IMG/VR virus record: IMGVR_UViG_3300027808_000093
Span: 1 to 33,256 of that record
DNA: 33,256 bases
Reading direction: 5' to 3' (one strand)
Origin: a virus
Taxonomy: Duplodnaviria > Caudoviricetes
Part shown: positions 1 to 9,484 of the stretch, in pieces
Layout of the letters: each line of letters starts with the position of its first letter
How positions within the stretch are numbered: position 1 is the first letter of the stretch
Notes under the pieces: generated by a model
Databases searched by the model: none
Told to the model about the DNA's origin: nothing
The model's input: only the letters and a program-made list of their open reading frames with translations
Program-made: the position numbers and the translations under genes

Positions 1-137
1 ATTGCGTCCTTAAAATGGCAACTTGTTTAAAGCAGCATCCATTGCACGTTTGGCAAGCGGCTCTGGCAAGACATAAACAAAGTCTAAAAACCACCAGACG
101 CAAGCGACATAGCAGAAGACCTTGAACCAGCGTTTAA
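1..137. repeat. Terminal direct repeat, copy 1 (circular overlap)
   Basis: 1-137 matches 33120-33256 except at positions 6 (g/a) and 11 (t/c). Confidence 0.97.
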
Positions 138-159
138 AGCCTTCTACAACGTCTTTCAT
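10..159 (-). CDS. Small membrane protein (49 aa), lysis region
   Basis: Start re-set to MKDVVEGF (ATG at 159 overlaps the upstream TGA); hydrophobic VFCYVACVWWFLDFVYVL. Confidence 0.65.
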   Translation of the reverse strand: MKDVVEGFKRWFKVFCYVACVWWFLDFVYVLPEPLAKRAMDAALNKLPF

Positions 160-656
160 TGGCAACCGTACTTGTTGCAATGCAAATAAAAATAGATGCC
201 GCCCCAAAGAATCAAACCGACAAGAATCAAGCCAGCAACAACACCAGCAATCAACTCAACCATTTCTTCATTTTCACGCTTCTTCTTTTGTGCAGCAATT
301 CGCTCTTTACGCAAACTGTCGGCAGCTTCAGCTTCCATCTTTGCAGCGCGAGCTTTGATTTTTGTCCACACATCCATTTTGTTTGCGGAAAAGAACAAAC
401 CTTTCAACTGTTCCTCAAACTCACGGGCTTGCTCAAGAGCCATCTCTAGCTCAAGAGCCTTACCCATTGCCGAGCCTTTAAAGCCGCCTTCCTTGGCCGT
501 AGCGACAACCTGGATAGCATTTACTTTGGCGTCAAAGTATTTGCCAAGAACAGGGCCAAGACTTCCAATATCATTAGCAGTTTTAGCTGCTTTCTTAACC
601 AGCTTGATGGCAGATTGAACAGCATCTAGCGCAGCAAACGGATCAATTGGAATCAT
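156..656 (-). CDS. Coiled-coil protein with C-terminal TM helix
   Basis: 166-aa ORF, helical and charged, ends LIAGVVAGLILVGLILWGGIYFYL; ATGA overlaps on both sides. Confidence 0.75.
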   Translation of the reverse strand: MIPIDPFAALDAVQSAIKLVKKAAKTANDIGSLGPVLGKYFDAKVNAIQVVATAKEGGFKGSAMGKALELEMALEQAREFEEQLKGLFFSANKMDVWTKIKARAAKMEAEAADSLRKERIAAQKKKRENEEMVELIAGVVAGLILVGLILWGGIYFYLHCNKYGCQ

Positions 657-877
657 GATTTGTCGGCTTTGCCGTCCAGCTTTTCAAAGATTTGCTTCAA
701 GATTGATTTGATCTCTGCAATGTCAGCACGGTAATCATCTTTTGCTACATAGCTATGAGGCAAATCGTTGATCTTGTCTTCAAGTTTCTGTATCTTGGCT
801 GTCACCTGATTAATTGTGTAAACAGCCAAGAATCCAGCAACCGAAACAACTAAATTAAAGAGTTGCTGGTTGTCCAC
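653..877 (-). CDS. Small N-terminal TM plus coiled-coil protein (holin/antiholin-like)
   Basis: GTG start; LFNLVVSVAGFLAVY then heptads; first gene after the tail-fibre module. Confidence 0.7.
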   Translation of the reverse strand: MDNQQLFNLVVSVAGFLAVYTINQVTAKIQKLEDKINDLPHSYVAKDDYRADIAEIKSILKQIFEKLDGKADKS

Positions 878-1174
878 TTATGCGCCCCAAGGAGTACCAG
901 TTGCGGACACAGGGTTTTTCTTAGCAGCAATCTGAGCAGCCAGAGCAATTTCAGTGGCTTCTTTGTCCACACCGTTAGCCCAGCACCAGCCAAGCACTTG
1001 AGCTTGGGTAACGTCAGCATAAGGAGTAGAGGCTGCACCGTCAGCAAAGCTGCAAGTGGAATAGATGGAGGCGTTGAAGTCGCCATCAACAGCCGAGGCT
1101 GTCCAATGTGCAGTTGTGATGAAGCCGTCAGAGGTGAGGCTGTCGCAGTTTGTAATTGTCCAAGTAGTAATCAT
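878..1174 (-). CDS. Tail-fibre-associated small protein (assembly chaperone-like)
   Basis: Directly follows the tail fibre; TWTI...HW...PYADVTQAQVLGW...TPW pattern. Confidence 0.65.
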   Translation of the reverse strand: MITTWTITNCDSLTSDGFITTAHWTASAVDGDFNASIYSTCSFADGAASTPYADVTQAQVLGWCWANGVDKEATEIALAAQIAAKKNPVSATGTPWGA

Positions 1175-3147
1175 TATTTGCTTTCAAGTTGAGCCACACG
1201 GGCACGGAGGGATTTAAGTTCTGCCGCCAAGTTGGCAATCAGTTCAGCGTTGGAGTAATCAATCGACTGCATTTCTTCACCGTCTTTGACGCCAGTACCA
1301 ACAACAGTTTCAGAGGCTTCTTGCAGTTCATGCGCCAAGAAACCAATGAAGCGTGAGCCATCAGCTTTCCAAGAGCCTTGCACTGGATTGAGCTTATCAA
1401 TGAATGTGCCGCTGTTGGTTACAGGGCCTGCGATGTTTTTCAAACGGTAGTCTGAGGTGGTGTTGTAAAGTGTTAAAGAACCATTTGTTTCAATTGTCCC
1501 GACAATACCATTCGGGTTTTTAAACGCAATTTGCGTAGCAGAAGATGTTGTTTCACGCTCTGCTTCCATGACAAATGTGCCAGAAGCATAGACACGCAAT
1601 CTTGCGCCACTTGAATTGCTCGTAGTCCCCACCAGCAAATTCCCACTGGCATCCAGCGTCATCGCCTGAGTAAAGGAGATAGCGTTACCTGCTGTGCCGG
1701 AGGGGGCGGTGAAGAATTTGAATGTGCCACCATCCTGCCGAAGCATTGAGGCAAAACCTGTAGCAATGTAAGTGGAAGTGCCACCAGAGTTAATAAATCG
1801 GTTGGCCGTCAGGTCGTTGTTTGTCCCGTCTGAGGCCAAGCAAAACACACCGTTTTGAATTGCTTTGTATCCCACACCCCAAGCACTCGGAGTAACACCC
1901 AAGCCGAGGTTGCCTGCGGAGTCGAGACGCATTTGCGAAGAGTTGCCAATACGAAAATCAGCAATGTATTGATCTACGGTATTTGTTACATCAACAACCA
2001 AGCCATTGTTGCCTGCTGCGCCTCCTTGGCGGATAACTGCTGCTGCGCCGCCCTCATTAAGCGCATTCGCCGCAAGAACTTGCAGTTTAGCCCCCGGCGA
2101 ACTCGTCCCGATACCCAGACCTGTGCTGGTCAGGCGCATTTGTTCGGCGCTTTCCGTGTAGAAGGTTGTAAAGCCGCCATAACCAGAATAACCAGAAGAT
2201 ACACGCATTTCTGCGGTGCTTCCACTCATGCTGATAAAGCCGCGTTCAGCTTGCCCCGTGGTATACGACAATTTAACTGTTGCAGAACTAGACGCATCAT
2301 TTCCAATGGTCACACCAGCGCCAGAAGTAGGAACAACCGTGCCAATACCCAAATTCGTCCCATCAAAGACCAGCGCAGAACCAGTAGTAATCTGCTTGCT
2401 TGCGTTGAGGTACATCACGCCGTTTGCTGTGCCGCCAGAGAGGGTGACAGCACCAGAGATTGCAGCAGTTCCAGTTACATCCAGTTTAGCCGTTGGGTTG
2501 TTGTTACCAATGCCCAAACCTGTGCTATTCAACCGCATTTGCTCAGTGGCGTTTACTGCAAAAGCTACGGGGTGATTTGTTCCGCTTCCAATAAACGCAG
2601 TAGAACTTGCCACGGCCAATAAAGCACTAACGCTACCAGTTGAGTAACGTATTCCGTTGCCATCAGCGCCAGCAACATCTAGTTTGTAAGCTGGGCTTCC
2701 AGTTCCAACACCTAAGTTAGCCCCATCAAATACCAGTGCAGAGCCTGTTGTTAATACTTTAGAGCCGTTAAGATAACCAACACCGTTTGCTGTACCACCG
2801 TTAAGCGTAACAGTGCTAGAAGTTGTAAGCGTAGTAAAAGCGCCAGCAGCAGCAGCAGTCCCGCCGATCGCAGGAGGGCTTGCCAAGTAAGTGCTAAATC
2901 CAGTTCCAGAAACAGTAGAACTTGCACTTAGCGTAGTGAAAGCACCAGCGGCAGCCGTGGTAGTTCCAACAGGGCCATTAAACGAGTCACCAACAGCGCC
3001 AGTCTGAAAGTCCTTCAGTTGGGCCATCAATTCACGAATAGCGTTGTTGATCCCACTAGGAGCGCAACCTTCAGCAATGTTAATGCTGTCAATGTCTGTG
3101 TTATTCGCTGGTGTTGCCGAAAATTCTGAAATCTTTGTACGTGCCAT
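1174..3147 (-). CDS. Tail fibre with C-terminal peptidase S74 intramolecular chaperone
   Basis: Gly/Thr/Ser-rich; repeated MRL-x-S-x-G-x-LGIG fibre units; TSDYRLK...GFLAHELQE...IDYS followed by a coiled coil. Confidence 0.9.
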   Translation of the reverse strand: MARTKISEFSATPANNTDIDSINIAEGCAPSGINNAIRELMAQLKDFQTGAVGDSFNGPVGTTTAAAGAFTTLSASSTVSGTGFSTYLASPPAIGGTAAAAGAFTTLTTSSTVTLNGGTANGVGYLNGSKVLTTGSALVFDGANLGVGTGSPAYKLDVAGADGNGIRYSTGSVSALLAVASSTAFIGSGTNHPVAFAVNATEQMRLNSTGLGIGNNNPTAKLDVTGTAAISGAVTLSGGTANGVMYLNASKQITTGSALVFDGTNLGIGTVVPTSGAGVTIGNDASSSATVKLSYTTGQAERGFISMSGSTAEMRVSSGYSGYGGFTTFYTESAEQMRLTSTGLGIGTSSPGAKLQVLAANALNEGGAAAVIRQGGAAGNNGLVVDVTNTVDQYIADFRIGNSSQMRLDSAGNLGLGVTPSAWGVGYKAIQNGVFCLASDGTNNDLTANRFINSGGTSTYIATGFASMLRQDGGTFKFFTAPSGTAGNAISFTQAMTLDASGNLLVGTTSNSSGARLRVYASGTFVMEAERETTSSATQIAFKNPNGIVGTIETNGSLTLYNTTSDYRLKNIAGPVTNSGTFIDKLNPVQGSWKADGSRFIGFLAHELQEASETVVGTGVKDGEEMQSIDYSNAELIANLAAELKSLRARVAQLESK

Positions 3148-3150
3148 GTT

Positions 3151-5019
3151 TTACTCCGTTAATCCAAATGTTGCGCCATAGCCAAGTGAAATGGCTTTGC
3201 GTTGAAGTTCTTTGCTTAGTGGCTCAACAGTAACAATAGATGCCTTTGTCATAAGTCTAGACGCCAATTTAGGGTCAAGCATTGCGTCAACCAACAATTC
3301 ACGAATAGCATCATCAGAACCGTTGTAAAGCCAATTTAATGAAAAACTAAGTTTTTGCACTGCTTGCGGGACATCGCCAAACATTTGCTTGCCAATAATT
3401 CCACCAATAATGTTTGCAGTGCTAATGTTTTTAAATGTATCAGAGCCAGGAACTTTGACAGCTCTTGCCAACACACCAGAGTCTAAATCTTGTGCAACAC
3501 GGGTCAAAGCAGCAAGTTGAGGCTGTGAGAGTTTTGTATCTTTTTCAGCCGCACGAATTGCGCGAGTAAAAGATGGTTGAGAAATCATGTAATCACCAAT
3601 CCTTGACGGGTCAGGAGTTGTTGACAACACTTTTCCGCGAAACTCTTGAGCCGCTTCAAGACGCTCAATACCACGGCTTGATTTTGCAAACTTATCAAGA
3701 TAGGCTTTATATCCTGGTGCAGCAGCCTCAATAGTATCGTCAACAGATTTAATAACCTGCTCCAACTGACCTTTTGCCAAGCTGTAAGAAGCACCTTCTT
3801 TGTCAAGCAATCCTTGAGCCGCATCACGCAAGTCTTTGCGAACTTCATACAACCGCTGCGGTGTTGTTCCTTCTGCAAGTTGGTCTTTTGCCCAATTCAT
3901 TGTCTTTTTCACAGTTCCGCGAGCACCAGCGTCAGAAGCCAAAATGTCGTCAATGGTTTTATTGACGTTCAGCGTAACAGCAGACTGAAATGTCTCAGGA
4001 CTAACATTTGATTGTGCAAACGCTTGCTCACGAAGTGGCTGAGTAACGTCAGTGCGTTTTTGAATGGCTTGCTCAACAGCAGATTTATCTTTTGCCAAAC
4101 GATCAAGAATTGCCATTCGTGCTTGATTAGCTTCACCAATCTGAGTCCCAAATTTTCCAGTTACATCAAGCGCACGAATTGGGCCTTCTGCTGAAATCAA
4201 ACCAACGTCACGAGTTGCCTGCGAAGTTGTTGGACGATAGCCAGGAATAGATGGTACATAACTAGCACCAGACTCAATTGCTTTGCTTGCATCAGTTGCA
4301 AGGCTTCTCAGCACGTTTCCAGTGATAGCTTCACGCCCAGCCTGACTAAACGGCCTCACAACCTCTTTAACAGCCCTTGCGGTAACTGGAGCAAGACCAG
4401 TTGAGCCGCCACCAGCCATAGCGCCACCAAGGCTTCCAATAAGTTGCATCATTGGGCTTGCATCGCTTTCACGCGCAGCACCAGATGCTAGAGCGCCTCC
4501 AGTTGCTGCTGCTGCTTGCGTTCCAAGGTTCTCAGTGAAGAACTTTTGCAAAGCAGGCGCAACACGGCCAGCAAGAGCAGCAGGGCCAGCAACAGCAGCG
4601 CCAGCACTACCAATGTCTTGAACAACACGCTCTTGACCAGTGCGAGGCTCTGGCAATCCCAATTGAGTCAACAATCTTTGCAATGTTTGTGCTTGATTAG
4701 GTTGACCAGTCATTGCCGCCAATGGTTCAGCAGCAAGCAATGGCAACGATGCTATACCAGTTATACCAGCTCTAGCAGTTAGACCCAATTGGCGAAGCAA
4801 ATCAGACGCATTGCCACTTTCCATTGTCGGCATCTGAGGCGGCGTCAACATCTTATCCATGATCTCTTTTTTAGTAAGACCAGCGTAAGGAGACTTGCTA
4901 ACCTTTGGAGCTTCAGGCGTACCAGCAACAATCTGCAAAGCCAAATCTGACATTGAAGAAAAATCACCAGAGACTAACGCTTCTAAGTCTTTGTCTGAGA
5001 GTTTAGACAGATCAGCCAT
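3151..5019 (-). CDS. Probable internal virion (ejection) protein, large
   Basis: 622 aa, Ala/Gly/Leu helical; N-terminal DLSKLSDKDLEAL; last of three genes before the fibre (P22 gp7/20/16-like position). Confidence 0.65.
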   Translation of the reverse strand: MADLSKLSDKDLEALVSGDFSSMSDLALQIVAGTPEAPKVSKSPYAGLTKKEIMDKMLTPPQMPTMESGNASDLLRQLGLTARAGITGIASLPLLAAEPLAAMTGQPNQAQTLQRLLTQLGLPEPRTGQERVVQDIGSAGAAVAGPAALAGRVAPALQKFFTENLGTQAAAATGGALASGAARESDASPMMQLIGSLGGAMAGGGSTGLAPVTARAVKEVVRPFSQAGREAITGNVLRSLATDASKAIESGASYVPSIPGYRPTTSQATRDVGLISAEGPIRALDVTGKFGTQIGEANQARMAILDRLAKDKSAVEQAIQKRTDVTQPLREQAFAQSNVSPETFQSAVTLNVNKTIDDILASDAGARGTVKKTMNWAKDQLAEGTTPQRLYEVRKDLRDAAQGLLDKEGASYSLAKGQLEQVIKSVDDTIEAAAPGYKAYLDKFAKSSRGIERLEAAQEFRGKVLSTTPDPSRIGDYMISQPSFTRAIRAAEKDTKLSQPQLAALTRVAQDLDSGVLARAVKVPGSDTFKNISTANIIGGIIGKQMFGDVPQAVQKLSFSLNWLYNGSDDAIRELLVDAMLDPKLASRLMTKASIVTVEPLSKELQRKAISLGYGATFGLTE

Positions 5020-6284
5020 TATTGTCCTTTTCTGCGTTTCAACTCAGCAGCCGCTTGCGAAGCAATGTCACCGACACCACTTGTTTCGCTAAGTGCTTCA
5101 GATAATGGATTTAGCAATAACTCACCAGACCCACCAAGTTGCTTAGAAATGCTGATGTATGGGGCTTTTTGAGCCTCAAGGTTTTGAGCTTTAGATTTAA
5201 CAATCTGACCTGCAACCGACAACAAACCAGTGCGCTCACTTGGCAACAAGTCTTGACCTGAAAATGCTTTTTGTGCGTAGGCTTTAATTGAATCTGGAAT
5301 CGAACGATTGCCAAGAATAGTTGCTTTGTCACCTTCTTGCACAGCGCCAGATGGGTCGTAAATCTTACCAATCGCATAAATCAAAGCGCCATCAGCAGAT
5401 TTGTTTCCAGCAGCAGCTTGTGCAACAGCAGCTTTTGCAGCTTTAAACCGATCTGCAACCTCCATTGCGCCAGTGTCTTTAACAACCCCACGCCAATCTT
5501 TAACAACCTCAGACTGAGCTTTTGCAATCGCTGTTGGGTCTTTCAAATCTACTGCTACTTTAGGTGCGCCAGCGGCTCGTTTAGCCAATTCAAAATCTTG
5601 GAAACTTCCTTTAAAACCTTGATCTTGTGCAAATTTGTATTCAGCAATTGCACTAGGAACTGGCTCACGTTTTTGTGCTCCTTGAGCGACAACTTCAACT
5701 TTGCCCGTCATTGGGTTAGTACGTACAAGCTGAGCGCCTTCAGCAAGTGATGTAGTCTCTCCACCCATTGCTTTTTGAGCCGCCATCAGTTCACCCAATG
5801 TTTTGCGGCCTTCAGGACTTGCCATCAATGCAGGTGCAAGAGCTTGCCAGTTAAACCCTGCGGCTTGAGCTGGAGTACCAGTTTCACCAAAAGCAGCACC
5901 AGACAATGGGCCAGTAGGTGTAGGCGCTTGAATAGCCTCAACAGCAGGCTGATAAGCACTAGCAACAGCGCGGTCAATCTGAGCTTGCCTAGCCAATGCT
6001 TGCTTCTCAAGTTCACGCTTACGCAGCATCTCTTGCAATTGACCAGATTGCAATTTTTCTTGCAGTTGGTTTTGCATCGCTGACGAATACAGTTTCTGAC
6101 CTTGTTGCAAGCCTTCAGCAATAGATTGACCAGTGTTACCACCTTGGAACAATCGAGCAGCCAAGCCATACAGCGCTTGTGCCTGTGCGTCATCACGGTT
6201 GCGCTGAATGTCGCCAGGACTCATTCCCAAAAGGCCAAGAGTCTCAGTTCCACCAGTGCCAAAAATGTCAAGTAGTCCAGCCAT
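5019..6284 (-). CDS. Probable internal virion (ejection) protein
   Basis: Start re-set to MAGLLD (ATG 6284, just after the upstream stop); Gln/Ala-rich helical. Confidence 0.65.
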   Translation of the reverse strand: MAGLLDIFGTGGTETLGLLGMSPGDIQRNRDDAQAQALYGLAARLFQGGNTGQSIAEGLQQGQKLYSSAMQNQLQEKLQSGQLQEMLRKRELEKQALARQAQIDRAVASAYQPAVEAIQAPTPTGPLSGAAFGETGTPAQAAGFNWQALAPALMASPEGRKTLGELMAAQKAMGGETTSLAEGAQLVRTNPMTGKVEVVAQGAQKREPVPSAIAEYKFAQDQGFKGSFQDFELAKRAAGAPKVAVDLKDPTAIAKAQSEVVKDWRGVVKDTGAMEVADRFKAAKAAVAQAAAGNKSADGALIYAIGKIYDPSGAVQEGDKATILGNRSIPDSIKAYAQKAFSGQDLLPSERTGLLSVAGQIVKSKAQNLEAQKAPYISISKQLGGSGELLLNPLSEALSETSGVGDIASQAAAELKRRKGQ

Positions 6285-6286
6285 AT

Positions 6287-7183
6287 TTAATCCCACCAGT
6301 TAGAGCCAAGAGCCGTTGCCCCTGGAGTAGCAGTAAACCCGCCAGAGCTACCACCAAGCCATCCAGACAAACCGTTGTAAAGATTACTTACACCAGTTGA
6401 GCCACCTACGTTTTTATACAAACCACCAAGGGTTGCCGCTGTGCCCAATACGTTTTGAAGTGTTGACGTATCAGCAGCACCAGAAGTTGTTTGGCTTCTC
6501 AATGTCGCCATTGGATTGCCATAAACACCAGACAAAAATGTTGCCAAGTTTTGCTGCGGGGCTTGCTGACCAAAATTAAACCGAGCAATATCAGATTGCA
6601 ATTGCTGACCCGTATAACCCTCTTGGGCTTGACCAGCAGAAATCAAGTTCTGAATATCTTGGTAATCAGCTTGCGACATTCCTGGCGCAGCCATTGTTGC
6701 AGCTTGCTGTCGAGCGCGTTCATCAGCGTAGTTCTGATAAGCCAACTGTCCAGCAGTATTGCTTAACGATGTAGCAAGTTGACCAGATGCGCGGTCTTGC
6801 AGCGTACCCATTGCGCCAGAGCCATATCGACCAGCCTTAGACGCAGCAGACCCAATGTCACCAATAGCTGTTTGAAACTGTGCCGTGGCAGCCTGAGCCG
6901 CTGGAGCAAACGCACCCTGAAAGAATGGATTGCCACTTAGATAATCGCCACTGATAGTGCTTTGCAGTTGCCCTTGAGCTTGGCCTAAAAGTGGATTACC
7001 TTGCGTTGCACGTTGCTGCAATGCCTGAAGTCCAGTTTGTGTAGTTTTCGAAGGGGAAACATAAGTTTGACCTGCGTAATACTTAGGCCCACCAGCTTGA
7101 TATAGCCGTTGCGCCTCTGTCAGACCATAGCTAAGAAACGGCTGAATGGTTGGGTCAATTGCGGATGTGGTTGTAGTCGCCAT
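6287..7183 (-). CDS. Probable internal virion (DNA pilot/ejection) protein
   Basis: 298 aa, Gln/Ala/Gly-rich; AGGAG RBS; podovirus gene order. Confidence 0.7.
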   Translation of the reverse strand: MATTTTSAIDPTIQPFLSYGLTEAQRLYQAGGPKYYAGQTYVSPSKTTQTGLQALQQRATQGNPLLGQAQGQLQSTISGDYLSGNPFFQGAFAPAAQAATAQFQTAIGDIGSAASKAGRYGSGAMGTLQDRASGQLATSLSNTAGQLAYQNYADERARQQAATMAAPGMSQADYQDIQNLISAGQAQEGYTGQQLQSDIARFNFGQQAPQQNLATFLSGVYGNPMATLRSQTTSGAADTSTLQNVLGTAATLGGLYKNVGGSTGVSNLYNGLSGWLGGSSGGFTATPGATALGSNWWD

Positions 7184-7202
7184 GTCTTACTCCTAAAAGT
7201 TC

Positions 7203-7238
7203 GGATTCCACAGCGGTTGATCCACGGAATCCATTATA
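7203..7238 (-). promoter_or_regulatory. TATAAT box abutting an 11-bp hairpin upstream of the ejection genes
   Basis: Minus strand: TATAAT GGATTCCGTGG ATCAACCG CTGTGGAATCC; no convincing -35. Confidence 0.45.
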
Positions 7239-7244
7239 TCTATT

Positions 7245-8036
7245 TTAACCAACAACAACATAAGCGTATGTCTTGTTAGCTACCGAATTTGCAAAATGAG
7301 TCAATGTTGCAGTTCCTTGTCCTTGTGAACTTACATACACATTTGTTGACGCAGATGGAGCAACATATTGCATTGTCACAATTACTGATGGCGCAACAGG
7401 TCTTGTTGGATTTGTTTGCGCTGGAATGTTCTCAATTTTTACTGATGTGCTGCTAGTAGACCAAACAATTTCAGCGTAATCACCCGCATTCATTTCAATA
7501 AAGAAATTAAGAGCTGTAATCAATCTTCCGTTAATTAGTGAACCATGTCGAGGGCCAATCATGTACTCACTGTTTGATTTTGGTATGTTTGTCCCATTTT
7601 TACGAAACCAAATACTTATATCGTTTTCTTGGCTATCAGTATTTGTAAACTGAGTGCTGTATTGAATGTTGTAAATCCCATAGTCGGAAACATTCAATCT
7701 TGAATCATTAGAAACAAAAACACCATTACTGTAATCAGTAGTGTTTAGCTTCATTGGATAAGCAACAGTTGTAGACGCAGCAAGCTGGTTTGTGTCGTCC
7801 TGAAACGCGCCATAAGGAGCCGAATCAGAATAAGCAGCAGCACTAAATGGAACAAGAATAATCTTGCTATCAATACCAATTCTAGGGTCGTTGATTGTTG
7901 TGCTTAAAGCGCCACCAGTAGCAAGAGTTATAGAACCTGTGTTGTTCGTCTTACCATTCATGATGCCATTAACAACTTCAGCAACAGACCTGGGGTCTTG
8001 CCCAAATGTCGGCAGAGTTCTAAACATATTTGCCAT
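7245..8036 (-). CDS. Tail/virion protein with internal C1q/BclA-like beta-sandwich
   Basis: GAF...GIYNIQYSTQF...IWFRKNG...FIEMNAGDYAEIV jelly-roll pattern. Confidence 0.6.
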   Translation of the reverse strand: MANMFRTLPTFGQDPRSVAEVVNGIMNGKTNNTGSITLATGGALSTTINDPRIGIDSKIILVPFSAAAYSDSAPYGAFQDDTNQLAASTTVAYPMKLNTTDYSNGVFVSNDSRLNVSDYGIYNIQYSTQFTNTDSQENDISIWFRKNGTNIPKSNSEYMIGPRHGSLINGRLITALNFFIEMNAGDYAEIVWSTSSTSVKIENIPAQTNPTRPVAPSVIVTMQYVAPSASTNVYVSSQGQGTATLTHFANSVANKTYAYVVVG

Positions 8037-9484
8037 TAGCGAGTCCCCTGCCCAGAAAGATCAATGTCAACAGCAACAGCAGTCGCCCAGTTAGCACCAG
8101 TTGGGATAACTTTAAAGCGATGGTAATTTCCGTTTGATCTTAACGAGACTCTGTTTTCAGAATCAGCAGCAACATCAGCTCCAAACGATAGGCTTTCATT
8201 TAAAAGCGTTCTAGAAGCCACTGAAACGGTCGCAGAGCCGTTATCAATCTGAGGTCTTGCCAATGTAACCACAGAGCGCCCACCAGCGTTTACGTCCCCT
8301 GTAATCAGTTGACCAGTTGCAGGCTGTCCGTTGTAGGTAACAACATAAGCTCCAAAAGTGCCGCCAAGGAAATACTTTCCACCCATATACAAAATGGAGT
8401 CAAGGCTTACAGACAAAGCGTCAATGCTTGACGAAATTGCATCCAATCCTTCAAGCGTTACAGCCACTGTTGAGGCGTCAGAAATGTAATCAGCTCCAGC
8501 ATCTCCATAAGTCCATTTTTGGGTTTTAAAGTTGTAGATGATTAATTGTCTTTGTGCAAATACTGTTTTGAAGTTCCAAATAATTAACTTGCGCACAGGA
8601 TCAACTGCTGCGCTCATTGTTTCAAATGCACTTTCATCAGCATTTGTAAAAAACCAGCGGTCAACTTTTTCAGAGCCAATAGCCTGAATTTGCTGGCCGT
8701 CACACATATAAAAACCATCATCAGACAAGAAGAATGAAATTCCTTGAGTCTGAGCAATTGAGCCAGCGGCCACGCAACCTTTGCCACGAGAGATATTGTC
8801 AAACTGGAATATAAATGGCGTTCCAACATAGCTCATTCGGCTGATGCCTTTTTCAAGGAATATCAAACCAAACTCACCACCGCGAATTCCAACAATTTGA
8901 CCGCCATCTGCGATGTCTTGATAGTCTGCTTGGGTTACTTGGCTTGTCCCCCATTCTGTCTCGTCATTGATACCAGACCAGCGAACGCGAGCAGGATAAA
9001 GAGTTGAAGTTTCAACTGTAAAAGCAGTTACAACAAAATCACGCACAACAGTCAAGTATTTGCAAATTGGAGCCGTGGCATCCAGATCAGCAAACAATGA
9101 AGAAGTGCCAAGCGTATATGCCTGCATTGGGTCACTAAAGTTTGTTCCAATGATTACGTTTCCAAACTGAGTAAACCGAAATCGGTCTTCATTAGGGTTT
9201 GGATCGTATCCACCAGACTTAGAGACATCAGTCAATGCGCCAGCGCCTGAAACGTCATAAATCTTAGTTGAGCCAGCAGCAAACAATTTAGTCGCATTGG
9301 CTGGAGTCTTACCAGCCACCAATGTCGTCAAACCTTCAGACGCAGCAGCCGAAAATATAGCAGCAGTAGGCAATGGCCCATATCCAATAGCTTGCGAAAC
9401 AACATTCTTAGCATCAGTCAAAGACCCAGAAATCCCAGGCTGATCTGGCATCCATTCGCCAAATGTCAGTTTTGTGGTTGCCAT
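8036..9484 (-). CDS. Tail tubular/nozzle-type protein (P22 gp10 / T7 gp12-like)
   Basis: 482 aa, beta-rich (propeller-like), FGEWMPD N-terminus, VRWS motif, synteny. Confidence 0.7.
   Translation of the reverse strand: MATTKLTFGEWMPDQPGISGSLTDAKNVVSQAIGYGPLPTAAIFSAAASEGLTTLVAGKTPANATKLFAAGSTKIYDVSGAGALTDVSKSGGYDPNPNEDRFRFTQFGNVIIGTNFSDPMQAYTLGTSSLFADLDATAPICKYLTVVRDFVVTAFTVETSTLYPARVRWSGINDETEWGTSQVTQADYQDIADGGQIVGIRGGEFGLIFLEKGISRMSYVGTPFIFQFDNISRGKGCVAAGSIAQTQGISFFLSDDGFYMCDGQQIQAIGSEKVDRWFFTNADESAFETMSAAVDPVRKLIIWNFKTVFAQRQLIIYNFKTQKWTYGDAGADYISDASTVAVTLEGLDAISSSIDALSVSLDSILYMGGKYFLGGTFGAYVVTYNGQPATGQLITGDVNAGGRSVVTLARPQIDNGSATVSVASRTLLNESLSFGADVAADSENRVSLRSNGNYHRFKVIPTGANWATAVAVDIDLSGQGTR

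Noticed and set aside
1855-2622. 255-aa plus-strand ORF and similar antisense ORFs (e.g. 12082-12471, 15179-16693)
   Set aside because: Shadows of well-supported minus-strand genes; no RBS or recognisable motifs
1174-3147. Possible diversity-generating retroelement target (repeats in the tail fibre)
   Set aside because: No reverse transcriptase in the genome; the repeats differ at synonymous sites of all bases rather than only at adenines
3250-3265. GTCTAGAC palindromes here and near 10072 as extra operators
   Set aside because: They lack the 4-nt spacer and CTATAC half-site, and lie inside CDSs away from promoters
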